A stretch of 64,000 nucleotides of DNA from the human T2T-CHM13v2.0 reference genome, Homo sapiens. The stretch lies in assembly GCF_009914755.1 (NCBI RefSeq), contig NC_060929.1; one strand, written 5' to 3'. How positions within the stretch are numbered: the stretch's first letter is position 1; the number at the start of each line of letters is the position of its first letter. The notes under the pieces were generated by a model. It was given only the letters and a program-made list of their open reading frames with translations, did no database searches and was not told where the DNA came from. This document shows, in pieces, positions 26,855 to 39,146 of the stretch. Made by a program: the position numbers and the translations under genes.

Positions 26855-28546
26855 CTGCTGGCCAAAATGACATTTAACAAAATTCAAAATGCAGAACAGA
26901 GGCACATTGTTTATTTAGTAAAATCCTACAAGGAAAGAAAACTTTATCACTAGATGCAATGAAATCTGGCAATGACCAAATTGTGTGTTTGGATTCTTTC
27001 AAGTTTGATCTTCTACGAAGACGGTTAATTTTTTGTCACAAGAAAGAAAAGAGCAACAGAAACAACAAAATAATAACTCAAAAGGATCTCAAAATACTTT
27101 TTGTAATAAATGCATAAGCAAATAATATGGGATATTATTTTTATCTGTAAATATTATATTTTGACATAATACGCTAAAGGTAAATTTCTCCTTTAGAGGC
27201 TACATCTTTTCAGAGAAGATCTCACTAACAAAGCAAGAGTAGAAATTTTTGTTGTTATTTTTGCAAGTCTTGACACCGCTTTTCTTGTTAGACTTCTATA
27301 AATTCACGAAACAACTTTTGCAATAATCTGTTATTAGGATTAAAAAAAGTATCTTTGCCTTTCTATTGCTGGTTTAAGGTACATTTCCAAATTCTTTTTT
27401 TCTTTCATCAGAAGACAGGAAGACATCATTCATAATTTTCTGTCTAGCTAGTTTTCTTGCTTTTATCTATGGCCTCTTTCAAGCACTCCTTTGAGGCACT
27501 AAATCCGTTTAATACTTTTGCTATGAATGAGCCTTGTTAAATAAGACCATCGAGCTTTTACCATTTGCCAATTTTTCATGCCTTCTGGTATGTATTGGCT
27601 AGATTTCACAAACTATTTGAAAAGTAATCCTTAGTAAGATGATTTTAATGGTAACAAATTACATCCATGACACTTCTGTATAACAGTAAAAATCACCAAC
27701 TCTTAAGTTTGGGTCCAAAATATATAACATATTCAAAAATAAATTAAAAACAGGTATTTCAATGTACAGTTCATTGGTGATGAATGAAATGCATAATGTA
27801 TGTGGAAATCATTGATTGAATTAGCACTTAGAGGAGAGATGGAGATGGAGTTAAATTTTAGTTACTTAGGGGAAAATCCTTTTACTTAAAAGGCTTGGGA
27901 ATACAAAATAAATAGCAGCATAAATAATTTTAAAAAGCATCAATAATAAATGCACTGAATAAAAGGAAAATGACCAGATCAAGTCCAGTCATGAGATATC
28001 TCAAAGTAAAGTTTTATAAGGGGAAAAAAAGGAAATGTGTAGATGTTGCTGATGACTTCAGGGAATCTTTGTGATGTGGATTCTGTTTTGTTTTGTTTTG
28101 TTTTGCTGTCGAAGTGTGTGTGTTGTGTGTGAAATGAATAGGCCACAGAAAGATAAAATTAAACATGTTGAAACAGGAGAATTCCCTGATCCTCCTCACA
28201 GAACATGCTACAGGGGTGTGGCTCGCCTGTTCAGTCTCCCCTGCTGCTGCTCAAACTCCTGACAGGAGGGGGAGCACGCAGACAGGCAGGTGCAAAAGCC
28301 AGGGTGAGTGCTTTCGGCTCTGGCCCCTTGGGAGTGTCTAGGGGTGGGTACCTGTGGCCCCAGTGTTACAATGCTCTTTTAGCCTTACCATCCACAGACT
28401 GCTTAAGTGTTAACCAGCTCAATGGACTCTCTACCTTTTAGCAAGGGCAGAGGGCCGGTGTGACATCTTTCTGTATACCAAACTCTTGCCCAGAGTCCTG
28501 GAAGTATCGGGTCACACATGGGCTTGAAGGATGAATGCAGGGTTTT

Positions 28547-29254
28547 TTTTTTAGTTTTTTATTTTTTATTTATTTTATTTTATTATTATTATACTTTAAG
28601 TTTTAGGGTACATGTGCACAATGTGCAGGTTTGTTACATATGTATACATGTGCCATGTTGGTGTGCTGCACTCAATAACTCGTCATTTAGCATTAGGTAT
28701 ATCTCCTAATGCTACCCCTCCCCGCTCCGCCCACCCCACAGCAGTCCCCGGAGTGTGATGTTCCCCTTCCTGTGTCCATGTGTTCTCATTGTTCAATTCC
28801 CACCTATGAGTGAGAACATGCAGTGTTTGCTTTTTTGTCATTGCGATAGTTTGCTGAGAATGATGGTTTCCAGTTTCATCCATGTCCCTACAAAGGACAT
28901 GAACTCTTCATTTTTTATGGCTGCATAGTATTCCATGGTATATATGTGCCACATTTTCTTAGTGCAGTCTATCGTTGTTGGACATTTAGGTTGGTTCCAA
29001 GTCTTTGCTATTGTGAATAGTGCCGCAATAAACATACGTGTGCATGTGTCTTTATAGCAGCATGATTTATAGTCCTTTGGGTATATACTCAGTAATGGGA
29101 TTGCTGGGTCAAATGGTATTTCTAGTTCTAGATCCCTGAGGAATCCCCACACTGACTTCCACAATGGTTGAACTAGTTTACAGTCCCACCAACAGTGTAA
29201 AAGTGTTCCTATTTCTCCACATCCTCTCCAGCACCTGTTGTTTCCTGACTTTTT
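28547..29254 (-). mobile_element. 5'-truncated L1PA3/4
   Basis: L1 3'UTR and ORF2 C-terminus. 13-bp TSD AATGCAGGGTTTT at 28534-28546 and 29255-29267. Confidence 0.96.
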
Positions 29255-29473
29255 AATGCAGGGTTTTATTGCGTGGTGGAGGTGGCTCTCAGTGGGATAG
29301 ATGGGGAGCTGAAAGTGGGGTAGAGTGGAAGGATGATCTTCCCCTGGAGCCTGGCCGTCCGGCAGCCAAACCCCTCTCCTACCACCCCCAGTCGAACTCC
29401 TCTTGGCATTGGGACGTTCCTCTTCCTCTCTCTCTGCTGTGTTGTTCCGCCGTTCATCTGCCTGTTTCCTCAT
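28838..29473 (-). other. Chimeric 211-codon ORF: LTR1-derived N-terminus fused to the L1 ORF2p C-terminal cysteine-rich region
   Basis: From the ORF track. The junction reads ...HAIKPCI|[25 protein letters not shown]... Expression is unknown. Confidence 0.25.
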
Positions 29474-30040
29474 CTCCTCATCTGCTTGTCTGCTTCTGGA
29501 GCCTGGGGTTCAGGGTTTATATGAGTACAGGATAAGGTGGAGTGGCAGGCCAAAAGGCAGCTTTTTGGGAGCAAGAACAGAAATGGCTGTCCCCATTTAG
29601 GAAAGTGGATCTCCAAGCTTGAGGGTGGAGCCTTTGCTAGGGAACAGCCTTCTTCTACCCAGTATTTCCCTATCTCCTGTCCATATCAATATGATCTTCC
29701 CAGAGACATCTTCAAAAAGGTGTTTTTAGATAAGAAATTGTTCCATAGTTCTTGCTGTAATTTTTATTTTTGTTCCATTGTTCTCCTAAAATCTTTAGAA
29801 ATTAATTTTAGTAGTCTACATAATGACATTCTAACGTTATTCTCAAATAAATCACTGCCCATTACCCACAGTAAGAATGAATCACCTAAGATCACTACAC
29901 AGGGCATGAAATTCTTGGGGGCTCTTCTAATTATATTTCGTAGATCTCGGCAACTGCTGTTATAGTAGGTGATAGCTGTTCTTGATTTTTCATTTCAGAA
30001 AATACTACATTTGTCAACTCTTTCATTAGATTTTTACATA

Positions 30041-30170
30041 TAGGATTACCATGTAATTTATCATACAAATTATATAGTTTTTTAAAAGTAAACTGAAGGT
30101 GGCACTATTGATAATTATGACAGAAAAATAGGTATAGGCTGGGACTTAAACTGTGATACATGGTTGCCCT
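30041..30170. mobile_element. MER94-like hAT-Blackjack element
   Basis: 'aggattaccatgtaatttatc...ggcactattgataattatg...atggttgcccta'. Confidence 0.6.
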
Positions 30171-30229
30171 ATATATGAAGATTTTACTTCTAAAAAACCC
30201 TCTACTTAGCTTGATTTATCCATACTGAA

Positions 30230-30710
30230 TACAACCAAAATGTTCTCCCACTATGGAGTGAATAAATATTTATATCATGATATACTACAGTGGCATATTT
30301 GTATTAGGTTGGTACAAAAGTAAGCACGATTTTTGCCATTTAAAATAATGACAAAAACCATGCCTACATTTGCATGAACCTAATACAATGGAATATCACA
30401 GAGCAAGGAAATCAGAGTGAACTACTGCTACCTGCAACAACATGAATGAAAATCATAAGCATATGCTGAGTTGAAGAAGCAAAATTACATTTATATGTTA
30501 CTCAAAAATGACAAAAGTAACATATGGTAAAAAGGTGAGAATAAGGATTTTCTTTGATGGATTACTAATGGGCAAGTGGTGTAGGGGGTCTTCTGAGGCT
30601 CTACATATCTTAGTCTGGTTCGTAATCACATATTTATACATGCCTAAAAATTTATTATCTTATGACAGGCACTATACTGAACACGGGTTATACTTCAAAT
30701 AATTTTAAAT
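30230..30710 (+). mobile_element. L1ME-like 3' fragment containing a MADE1
   Basis: 'tacaatggaata...actactgctacctgcaacaacatgaatgaa'. Confidence 0.6.
30304..30383. mobile_element. MADE1 MITE
   Basis: 80-bp palindrome 'ttaggttggtacaaaagtaa...tttgcatgaacctaa' with a TA TSD. Confidence 0.88.
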
Positions 30711-33439
30711 AAATGTAGGGATGAAATACTATTTCTAGTCATATCAGTGAATTCTCATCAGAATAAGATAAATGCTGGTCAGACAAAAATAAAACCAAAA
30801 TGAAGCAAATGTTTTCTACTGGGACCTCTACCTGGTGAGTTCCCTATATGATACCTCTCAGAGGCACCTTTCTAGCTGCTCTTAAACTTTTGTTTGAAAG
30901 GTGCTCCCTGTTCTTCACTGAATTTAGCTTTGTTCTTCCCCATATTTATCAGCTTGCTCATGCTGAATTCTGTTTCTTAAATACCTTCCCTCAATAACTG
31001 CCTGTCAAAATCTTCATTCTTCAAAAATCCAGCTAAAATACTTTCCTGTATTATTGCTTTCTCTTTCACACTTACAGACCTTTTTCCCATGTTTTCATTT
31101 TATACCCACCTTTGATCCATCTTTCTTTTCTCCTGTTTTTAAATTATTCATTCAATAGATGAGTTGGACCTATGCTTAAAGCAGAGCATACATGGATGTA
31201 TAAGACCATCTTTGTCCTGAAGGAGCCCATAGTTTCTTAGATAATGGCCCTTTTCCTCTTATGCTTTCTAATGTAGGTATTTTGTTCCCCTATTGAAAGT
31301 TCCTCTACTAGATGAAAACTTCTTAAAGGTGTGAAAAGAGGGGGAGTAGCTCTTATTCAGCTATGCATTCACTGTAATGTTTCAGCAAGAGAAAAAATAG
31401 GGACTCAATAAATACTTGTGAATTGAAATAAATTCATTGGCTGAATTGCTTGAAAATTATCTGTGGGAAAATGTTATAATGAATTCTACAGTTTGTCTAA
31501 CAATAGGTGGCTGATAAGATTAGTTAAGCACTTTTAATAACTCAGGTTCATTGTACAAAAAATACCCTACCTATAATTTAAGCTTTTCCCCAGTAGAATG
31601 ACTTCCCAGGGTTCCAGCAGATACTGTGCAAATGAAGTTAGTGTATTGCAAATGATTCTGCTTCCCTCAGTTTTAAACACGGCTCTTTTCACAGTTTGGA
31701 CACAGGGTATATGAGATCTGTCACCTGGACCCTTGTGAAGTGACCTTTTGTGGTCCATACCACTTCATTTCCAGCATGCCTATGTGTTAATCCGAGGTCG
31801 ACTGCCCAATTCAGTTTGAATTAGATTCTAGTCAGGTAACACATTGGAGAAGCTAATTTAAAAAATTTTTAGGAGAATATTTTCTTCCTGTTCCCCTGTT
31901 GCATTACTACTTATCCTCAATTCTTGTGGAGATACACCTTAGTTTACCTCTAAGATGATCCATGAGATCACAATGACATTATATTCTACTCTATTGTGTA
32001 ATTCTTTAAACTTTCTTAATTCTTACAGTCAAAGTTACACTTAGAAAGAATCCGAAGTTCTGTATATCTAAAAACTCAAATAGGGATATTTAATATTAAG
32101 AATAGATATACACCCACATATTGCATTCAATATATTGTACACATAATTTAATGAGTAAGTTAATAGTCATTGTTTCTATTTATTTCTTGTTTTGTAGATT
32201 CAACTGTTCAACACTCTTTAGGACAAAATATATTCATGAAAATTATTCTTATCTGGGAATATGGTGTTCTAAAGTGAGAACACCTTCGAAAAATATTCCA
32301 GAAAAAAAATCTTAAAGCAGGTGGATGGGAATTTCAGAAAGGATGTTTAATAAATTGTGAAGGCCTTGTCAACAAACATATTCCAGCAGAGGATGCATAA
32401 CCATTTGTTAGAGGTGCTGTACAAATAGTTGTTACCTTGGCTAAGAGGTTAGTCTTGATGACCCCTTAGAACATTTGTAATTCCAACTGTCTAAGAAGAA
32501 AAGAGATATGTGCCACAGAATTGAGATTTTTAAACAAGAATGGCCTATTTTGATTAGAATAATAATACCAATAAAAGCTACAATATATTGAGTGCATATT
32601 ATTTTCCAGCCACTTAGCTAAACAGATTTAAATTGCTCTATGATGATCTTCATAAAATAAACAATGCATTTAACATTTTTTCCAAATCCAAATAAATCTA
32701 AGTTGATGACTCCACTTCCAAAATTGGCCAGAAGTCCAGTAGTAGCCGTTTTCTAACAGACCCCTTTCTTCTCCCTTGTGCAGTACGTGCAGAATGAGAA
32801 GGGTCTTATTTGAATCTACACTTGACACTTTGGCAGCTGCTTTTTTTCCCCGGCCCAGCTGGTCATTGAAAGGTAGGCTACTCCCCTGGTACACCACTTC
32901 CTGTAGGACAAATAGACCCGAGGGCCTGCACTGAGATGCTGAAATACAGAGCCTGGTCTTCATTGTTACCCACACACATATTCACCCAACATTCTGCCAT
33001 CTTAAGAATATGGCACAGTGATTCTCAATGCACAGTATCAAATCCCAGGAAATCCAGCATACGTAGAGTCAATCCTTCAATACATATGTCTTTGTTTTCT
33101 CAAGTATACGTTCTGTTGCCATGGGTTTAAAGGCCTGTTAGGGTACGACTTCTTGACATTTCAAGAATAATTTTTAAAAATACCCTCTAGGGATAATAAA
33201 AACAGTGAACATTTGGAATTATAGGCCCGAACATTCTCGTGAACGTTGAAAGGGAGCCAGAAGAGGGAGAGAGAGAGAGAAAGAGAGAGAAGGTATTTGA
33301 GCATTTGATTTCATTCCTTTTTAGTAAATCTACGGTAGCAAGAAACAACTTATCAAGTTGTCCCACTACATTAATTTCTGAAGACAACTTATGGCTAATA
33401 AATTTCACAAACATTGAATGTAATACTTACAATTGCATT

Positions 33440-33605
33440 ATATTATTGGAATTATTGCCCCATTTCATAGATGAGGAAACTGAGACTCAAGAAAGTGAAG
33501 CAACAATCCAAAGTCCATACAGGTAATAAGCAGAGGGAACCAGGATTTAAAATCTGGTCTGATTCCTTGGGAAGCTGTGTTCATAATCACTGTAGCACAC
33601 CACCT
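33440..33605 (-). mobile_element. MIR
   Basis: 'cccatttcatagatgaggaaactgagactca'. Confidence 0.8.
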
Positions 33606-33798
33606 CTATAGTATCAGTATCATGCTCAGGAACAGTTCATCCACAATATTCCAAACACCTGCATAGGAGGTTCATAAATATTTTTTCTCATGTGGATGTA
33701 AGAGTCAAGGATTTAGTGCATTTGAAATCATATGATATGATTAGATTAGCGTTAGCTCCAAGTTATTCAATTCGTAAAAACTGGTGACTGGGGAAGCT

Positions 33799-35058
33799 TG
33801 TCAAGAGCTGTGAAGAGTCTGACATTTTACCCTGGTCCAAGGTAACAAGCTAGCCTGCAACAGTTTCGGGGTTGTTGGCGGAAGACAGGAAGGGCAGTAT
33901 AGATGGGCCCAGTTTGATATCTGCTCACAAAGTGGGTTTCTTTCTGAAAGAAACCCTGTCCTGAGAGAATCCAAGTTACTTATTTATTTATTTATTTATG
34001 TATTTATTTTTGATGGTGGTTTATGCTTTTAGTTTTATTTATTTATTTTTATTATACTTTAAGTTCTAGGGTACATGTGCACAATGTGCAGGTTTGTTGC
34101 ATATGTATACATGTGCCATGTTGGTGTGCTACACCCATTAACTCGTCATTTACATTACGTATATCTCCTAATGCTATCCCTCCCCCCTCCCCCCACCCCA
34201 CAACAGGTTCCAGTGTGTGATGTTCCCCTTTCTGTGTCCAAGTGTTCTCATTGTTCAATTCCCACCTATGAGTGAGAGCATGCGGTGTTTGGTTTTTTGT
34301 CCTTGCGATAGTTTGCTGAGAATGATGGTTTCCAGCTTCATCCATGTCCCTATGAAGGACATGAACTCATCATTTTTTATGGCTGCATAGTATTCCACGG
34401 TGTATATGTGTCACATTTTCTTAATCCAGTCTGTCATTGACGGACATTTGGGGTGGTTCCAAGACTTTGCTATTGTGAATAGTGCCACAAGAAACATACG
34501 TGTGCATGTGTCTTTATAGCAGCATGATTTATATTCCTTTGCGTATATACTCAGTAATGGGATTGCTGGGTCAAATGGTATTTCTAGTTCTAGATCCCTG
34601 AGGAATCGCCACACTGACTTCCACAATGGTTGAACTAGTTTACAGTCCCACCAACAGTGTAAAAGTGTTCCTATTTCTCCACATCCTCTCCAGCACCTAT
34701 TGTTTCTTGACTTTTTAATGATCGCCATTCTAACTGGTGTGAGATGGTATCTCATTGTGGTTTTGATTTGCATTTCTCTGATGGCCAGTGATGATGAGCA
34801 TTTTTGCATGTGTCTTTTGGCTGCATAAATGTCTTCTTTTGAGAAGTGTCTGTTCATATCCTTTGCCAAGTTTTTTATAATGGACAGTAAACCTGTCTAT
34901 TTTTTGTTTTGAGAGGGATATTAATACTTTCTCTGTCTTCCAAAGGTGTTTACTATACAAATTTCTTTGGGACAATTATCTGAAACGAAAGGGCAATCAG
35001 TTTCTTGCTCACAGATGTGCAGAGATACAAGAGCTCCATGAAGAATTATCTCCCAACC
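33799..35058 (-). mobile_element. LTR40-type solo LTR (ERVL), split by an L1
   Basis: Ends 'tgtcaagagctgtgaagagtctgacattttaccct' and 'ccatgaagaattatctcccaac'. TATA (TTATAAAA) at 34880-34873. Confidence 0.75.
33978..34865 (-). mobile_element. 5'-truncated L1PA5-like LINE-1
   Basis: 'ttctagggtac' and 'catttacatta'; ORF2 C-terminal ORF 34411..34869. TSD core CCAAGTT at 33971-33977 and 34866-34872. Confidence 0.95.
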
Positions 35059-35408
35059 CTGCCACTTAAACTGAATTGATGGGGAAATTTGTGTAAATAA
35101 GAAGTATTACGTGAAGCACTTGATTTTGATGTGAAATCTTATTTTTCTACATTGAAATAATGGATTACTTTGGAGTTGTATAGATGCTATCAATTTCTGT
35201 CTTTTTAGTAAAACATACACTACATTCATTAGAGCAAAGATTTGCAATTGTAAATCTTTAAAAATATCCCCGACCAGTAAGATAAAATGAGCCATGAGGC
35301 TTAACTATAAGGCAATTATTAAATGGGCTCAGTGTTGGAGACACAAGCAAGAATGCTGCAGAATGTGGTGAAGAGAAAGCGTGCATTTCATTTAAGAGAG
35401 AGGAGTAT

Positions 35409-35730
35409 GGCTGGCACAGTGGCTCATGCCTGTAATCCCAGCACTTTGGAGGCCAAGGCAGCCGGATCACTTGAAGCCAGGAGTTCAAGACCAGTCTGGC
35501 CAACATGGTGAAACCCCATCTCAACTAAATACAAAAACTTAGCCAAGTGTGGTTGCCCATGCCTGTAATCACAGCTACCTGGGTGGCTGAGACAAGAGAA
35601 TCACTTGAGCCCGAGAGGCGGAGGTTGGAGTGAGCCGAGATCATGCCACTGCACTATAGCCTGGGCAACAGAGTGACACTTTGTCTCAAAATAATAATAA
35701 TGATGATGATGATGATAATAATAATAATAA
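35409..35730 (+). mobile_element. Old AluS (Sz-like) with an (AAT)n(GAT)n tail
   Basis: Full Alu; TSD core AGAGGAGT. Confidence 0.92.
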
Positions 35731-35876
35731 AGGAAGAGGAGTGATTTAGGTTTGGTTAACTGCTTCCAGATTTTCCAGTTATTTGAGAGAGGTCGGAATG
35801 CATTTTATATGTAGTATCTGCTGATTTTTAAAGTAGACAATTTAGCAATTTCAACAGCCTCAACAAAAATAACAAA

Positions 35877-35877
<1 letters not shown>

Positions 35878-35917
<40 letters not shown>

Positions 35918-35918
35918 A

Positions 35919-35957
<39 letters not shown>
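35878..35957. repeat. Compound (TA)n(CA)n(TG)n microsatellite
   Basis: Read directly from the sequence. Confidence 0.95.
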
Positions 35958-35959
<2 letters not shown>

Positions 35960-37109
35960 CAGAACAGATCTGGCCCGGGGGCTTCTAGTTTTTATCCTCT
36001 GATTTGGTGCTTTCTAAGAGGAGAAGAGAAAAATTCGAATACAGTTTCTGGATCCCCCAGGTCTGAGAACATTCATATGATTTAATAAGATTATAAATGA
36101 TTCAACTTCATTGAATGCTTACAAAGATATTCATTTTTATTTCTACTATTCCTTAATTTTCATTCTTGTTGAGCAATACTATAAAAAGGACCCATGTGGA
36201 TATTTTTTTCCTGTAGTGTTTCAATAACTGTGGCTTAAAAAATACTGAATGCATCAGTACTTTTTAAAAGGAAAAAAAAAGAGTGTTTCTTGTTGCCATG
36301 CTATTTTTATTTTCTCCATTTTTTTGACAGCCATTAGCTACTTATGTTTTTCATACTGGTCTGCATTTGAGAAGCCAAATTCAAACCGCTGGTAGAAAAT
36401 GATAAGGCATCTAAAAGAAAGGATCAGAATGGATGTTCTAAGTGTTCTTTTTGGAGCTGTCAAGATTAGCATTCTTGCACTGTGATTTGAAAAGTGTCCA
36501 AGAGAGAGTCACCATATATTTTAGGCAAAGAACTTAGGAAGGGGAAGGATGTTGTTCATAACAACAGGGAATATGATGGATGTATTGTCACATGTGTACT
36601 AAGAATCCAAATTGTGTGAAGAGAACTCATGTTGTTAAAAGCCTCATATTGTGTGCATATCTATATCTGTATATCTATATCTAAAATTGCATATACTTTT
36701 ATTATAAATTATGTATAGTTTAATATTATATATTAAATGTTATATAAATGAACAGGCAAATTAATGTACAGCATGATTCTGGGAAAGGCATAGAATTTTT
36801 CTATCAGGGACATACTGGAAAAATGAGGCAGGGTATAAGGTACAGGGGAAAATAAACTATACTGGGAAGGGAAAAACTTTGATTATTGTTTCAGTTTTGT
36901 TACCAATTTGCCATCTGACCTTGGGAAAGGTATTTAAATTCTTCAGATTTCAGCTTTCCTACGTGTAAAGTGAGTGGGTTGAGCTAAGTGCCAATCTGCT
37001 AAGTGGTTAGGTAGTTGCAGCCTTCTGCTGTTTATGCTGATACATCACAGAATGCAAAGTGAACACAGTTGTTCCTTGGGCATCTACTGAAACACACTAG
37101 AAGCCTTAA

Positions 37110-37487
37110 AGCAGAGATTTAAAGTTGCTTATTGACTCCAGAGAGTAGATTTGTCTCAAAAATGGGTTGTTGATCCACATGGGGTATTCATCTTTAAAAT
37201 GATTGATAGGATTTTAAAATTAGGAGATTTCCTATTTTAAAAACCCTGATTTCTGAGTCCTTTTTAAAAATGATCAACACTTTAAAAGTTTCTGTGTCCA
37301 CATTTCTGCCTACTAACTATTGGCTAGAGCCAAGTAACAACTGCCCTTCTTATATGGGGCACATGCTCACCACTCTGAAATCATGAGAAAAATTGTACGT
37401 CTTTGTGGGACACATGCATTTTTCTAGGGAGGAAATCTTTGGTTTTCATCAGAGAAATTTTAATCCAAGAATTTTAAGAACCACTGC
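37110..37487. mobile_element. hAT-Charlie relics (MER102-like, followed by Charlie4z-like)
   Basis: 'ggagatttc...attggctagagcc..gtaacaactgccc' and 'catttttctagggag...tttcatcaga...aagaaccactg'. Confidence 0.55.
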
Positions 37488-37699
37488 TATAGGCATGATG
37501 AAAACAGTGCTGTGGGAAGTAAATAAAGGACAACAGGCAAGATGGTGTGTAGTGGAAAGAATAAAAAATGTAGATTAGTTGGAAATGTGTGATATTAAAC
37601 ACTGTTAATTGAAAAAGGATTAAATTAGAATCATAGGCGAGACGGCATAAGAGTGATTAAAAGGAAGCGTGGTATAATTTCAAAGTTGAGGGGCCATGT

Positions 37700-37840
37700 T
37701 CATCATTCACTAATTTAACAACTGAGGAAACTGAGACTCAGATAGGTTAAGCAAAGTGCTGAGATCACAAGCTGAAAACAAAATGCAGGATTTGAATTCA
37801 TTTTTACTGACTTCTCATCTAACTCATTTGCATCACTCCT
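37700..37840 (-). mobile_element. MIR
   Basis: 'tgaggaaactgagactcagataggttaag'. Confidence 0.75.
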
Positions 37841-38355
37841 TTTTTTCTCTTTCAATTTACGACCTTAAAGAGGCTCACACTCCTGTTGAGGCTACTCATT
37901 GATTACTCGTCTGCTCCAAGTGTCAAATGTTTATAAGCCCTTTTAGGGGTGAGCTCTAGAAGAGATAAGCACTCAAAACTAAGTGGCTGACATATAAATG
38001 GTACCCTAGAGACATTTTTTCGACAAAGGAATCATTATTTACCCCGAACAAAGTCCAACATTTCTTTTTAAGCTGGATGGCCCTCCTCTGATGTGTGAAA
38101 AATGCAGACAAGCCCCATTATATCCCATTTTGAAAGATGTTTACAGTAGTGGAGGATGGATGGCGGGAGGAAATTCATATAAGATTATGAGGAAAACCAT
38201 AATTAATTACATTAAATGGTTGCATTTAACAAGAAGAGATTTTAAATTATAGGGTAAATATTCACCAAGAATTAGGTGGCACAATAGTCATTAATTACCC
38301 AAACTGTTAAAGTCAGCTTTCTTTCTTCATTATCCATTCTCTATTTTGAAAGAAG

Positions 38356-38356
<1 letters not shown>

Positions 38357-38408
<52 letters not shown>

Positions 38409-38417
38409 GGGGGGGGT
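38357..38417. repeat. (TG)n(CG)n plus G-run; Z-DNA-prone
   Basis: Alternating purine-pyrimidine tract that includes (CG)5. Confidence 0.9.
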
Positions 38418-39105
38418 GATGGACTACAGTTTCATAATATTAATGACTGCTATAATCATGCACAGTACAGGTTCTGTTGGAAGATAGTAGCTTAATGCTA
38501 CTGAAACATAAACTTTTATCAATATTTCTAACAGTGTCTTGGAACAACAATGACCTAAAACCACCTGCTGTTTTATGAAGTTATCACAATTAGGCAACTG
38601 CATGGTTGACATTAGTTTTATTAAAAATATAGGATTACTATTTTTAAACAAATGTAATGGCATAAAATGAGCAATATTATTACACATCAGGGCATTTAAA
38701 AATTAGGTGCTTTTGATATAAACCCAACTTGTAGGATAAAAATTAAGCATACTTGGTTTTACCTTGAAAAATCCAATGGCTTAATTCATTTGCAGACATT
38801 AGATAATTTCTCTCTGGGCTGGGGGCAAGAGGATTTCTCAGATTTACAGATGATAATATCGCAGATATGAGAAAAGAATGTATATATGCTGCTTTTAGTA
38901 CCCACTGCCATTGTAACTATAACCACAATTTAATGGGAGTTGTTGGAATTATCTTTCTGGTTATTATGCATCAAAGAATAGCTACTACCTTGTACATTGT
39001 CTGAAAGAAATGTTGCACATATGGAAGAGAACATATTCTATGTATAATTTTAGAGAACATCTTGCACAATATTCTTTCTTGTAATCTTATTTCCAACCTA
39101 GGGTA

Positions 39106-39146
39106 ATCATGATCATCATCATCATTATCATCGTCATCATCATCAT
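39106..39146. repeat. (ATC)n trinucleotide repeat
   Basis: Read directly from the sequence. Confidence 0.85.

Larger units (their letters stand above)
28169..29688 (-). mobile_element. LTR1-family solo LTR (ERV1/HUERS-P2), split by an L1
   Basis: The minus strand begins TGATATGGACAGGAGATAGGGAAATACTGGGTAGAAG and ends ...CCTGTTTCA. TATA (CATATAAA) at 29523-29516. Near-TSD ATGT/ATAT. Confidence 0.85.

Noticed and set aside
32784-32872. Plus-strand acceptor/donor pair
   Set aside because: The donor GTAGGC is moderate and two frames are closed; it is indistinguishable from a pseudo-exon.
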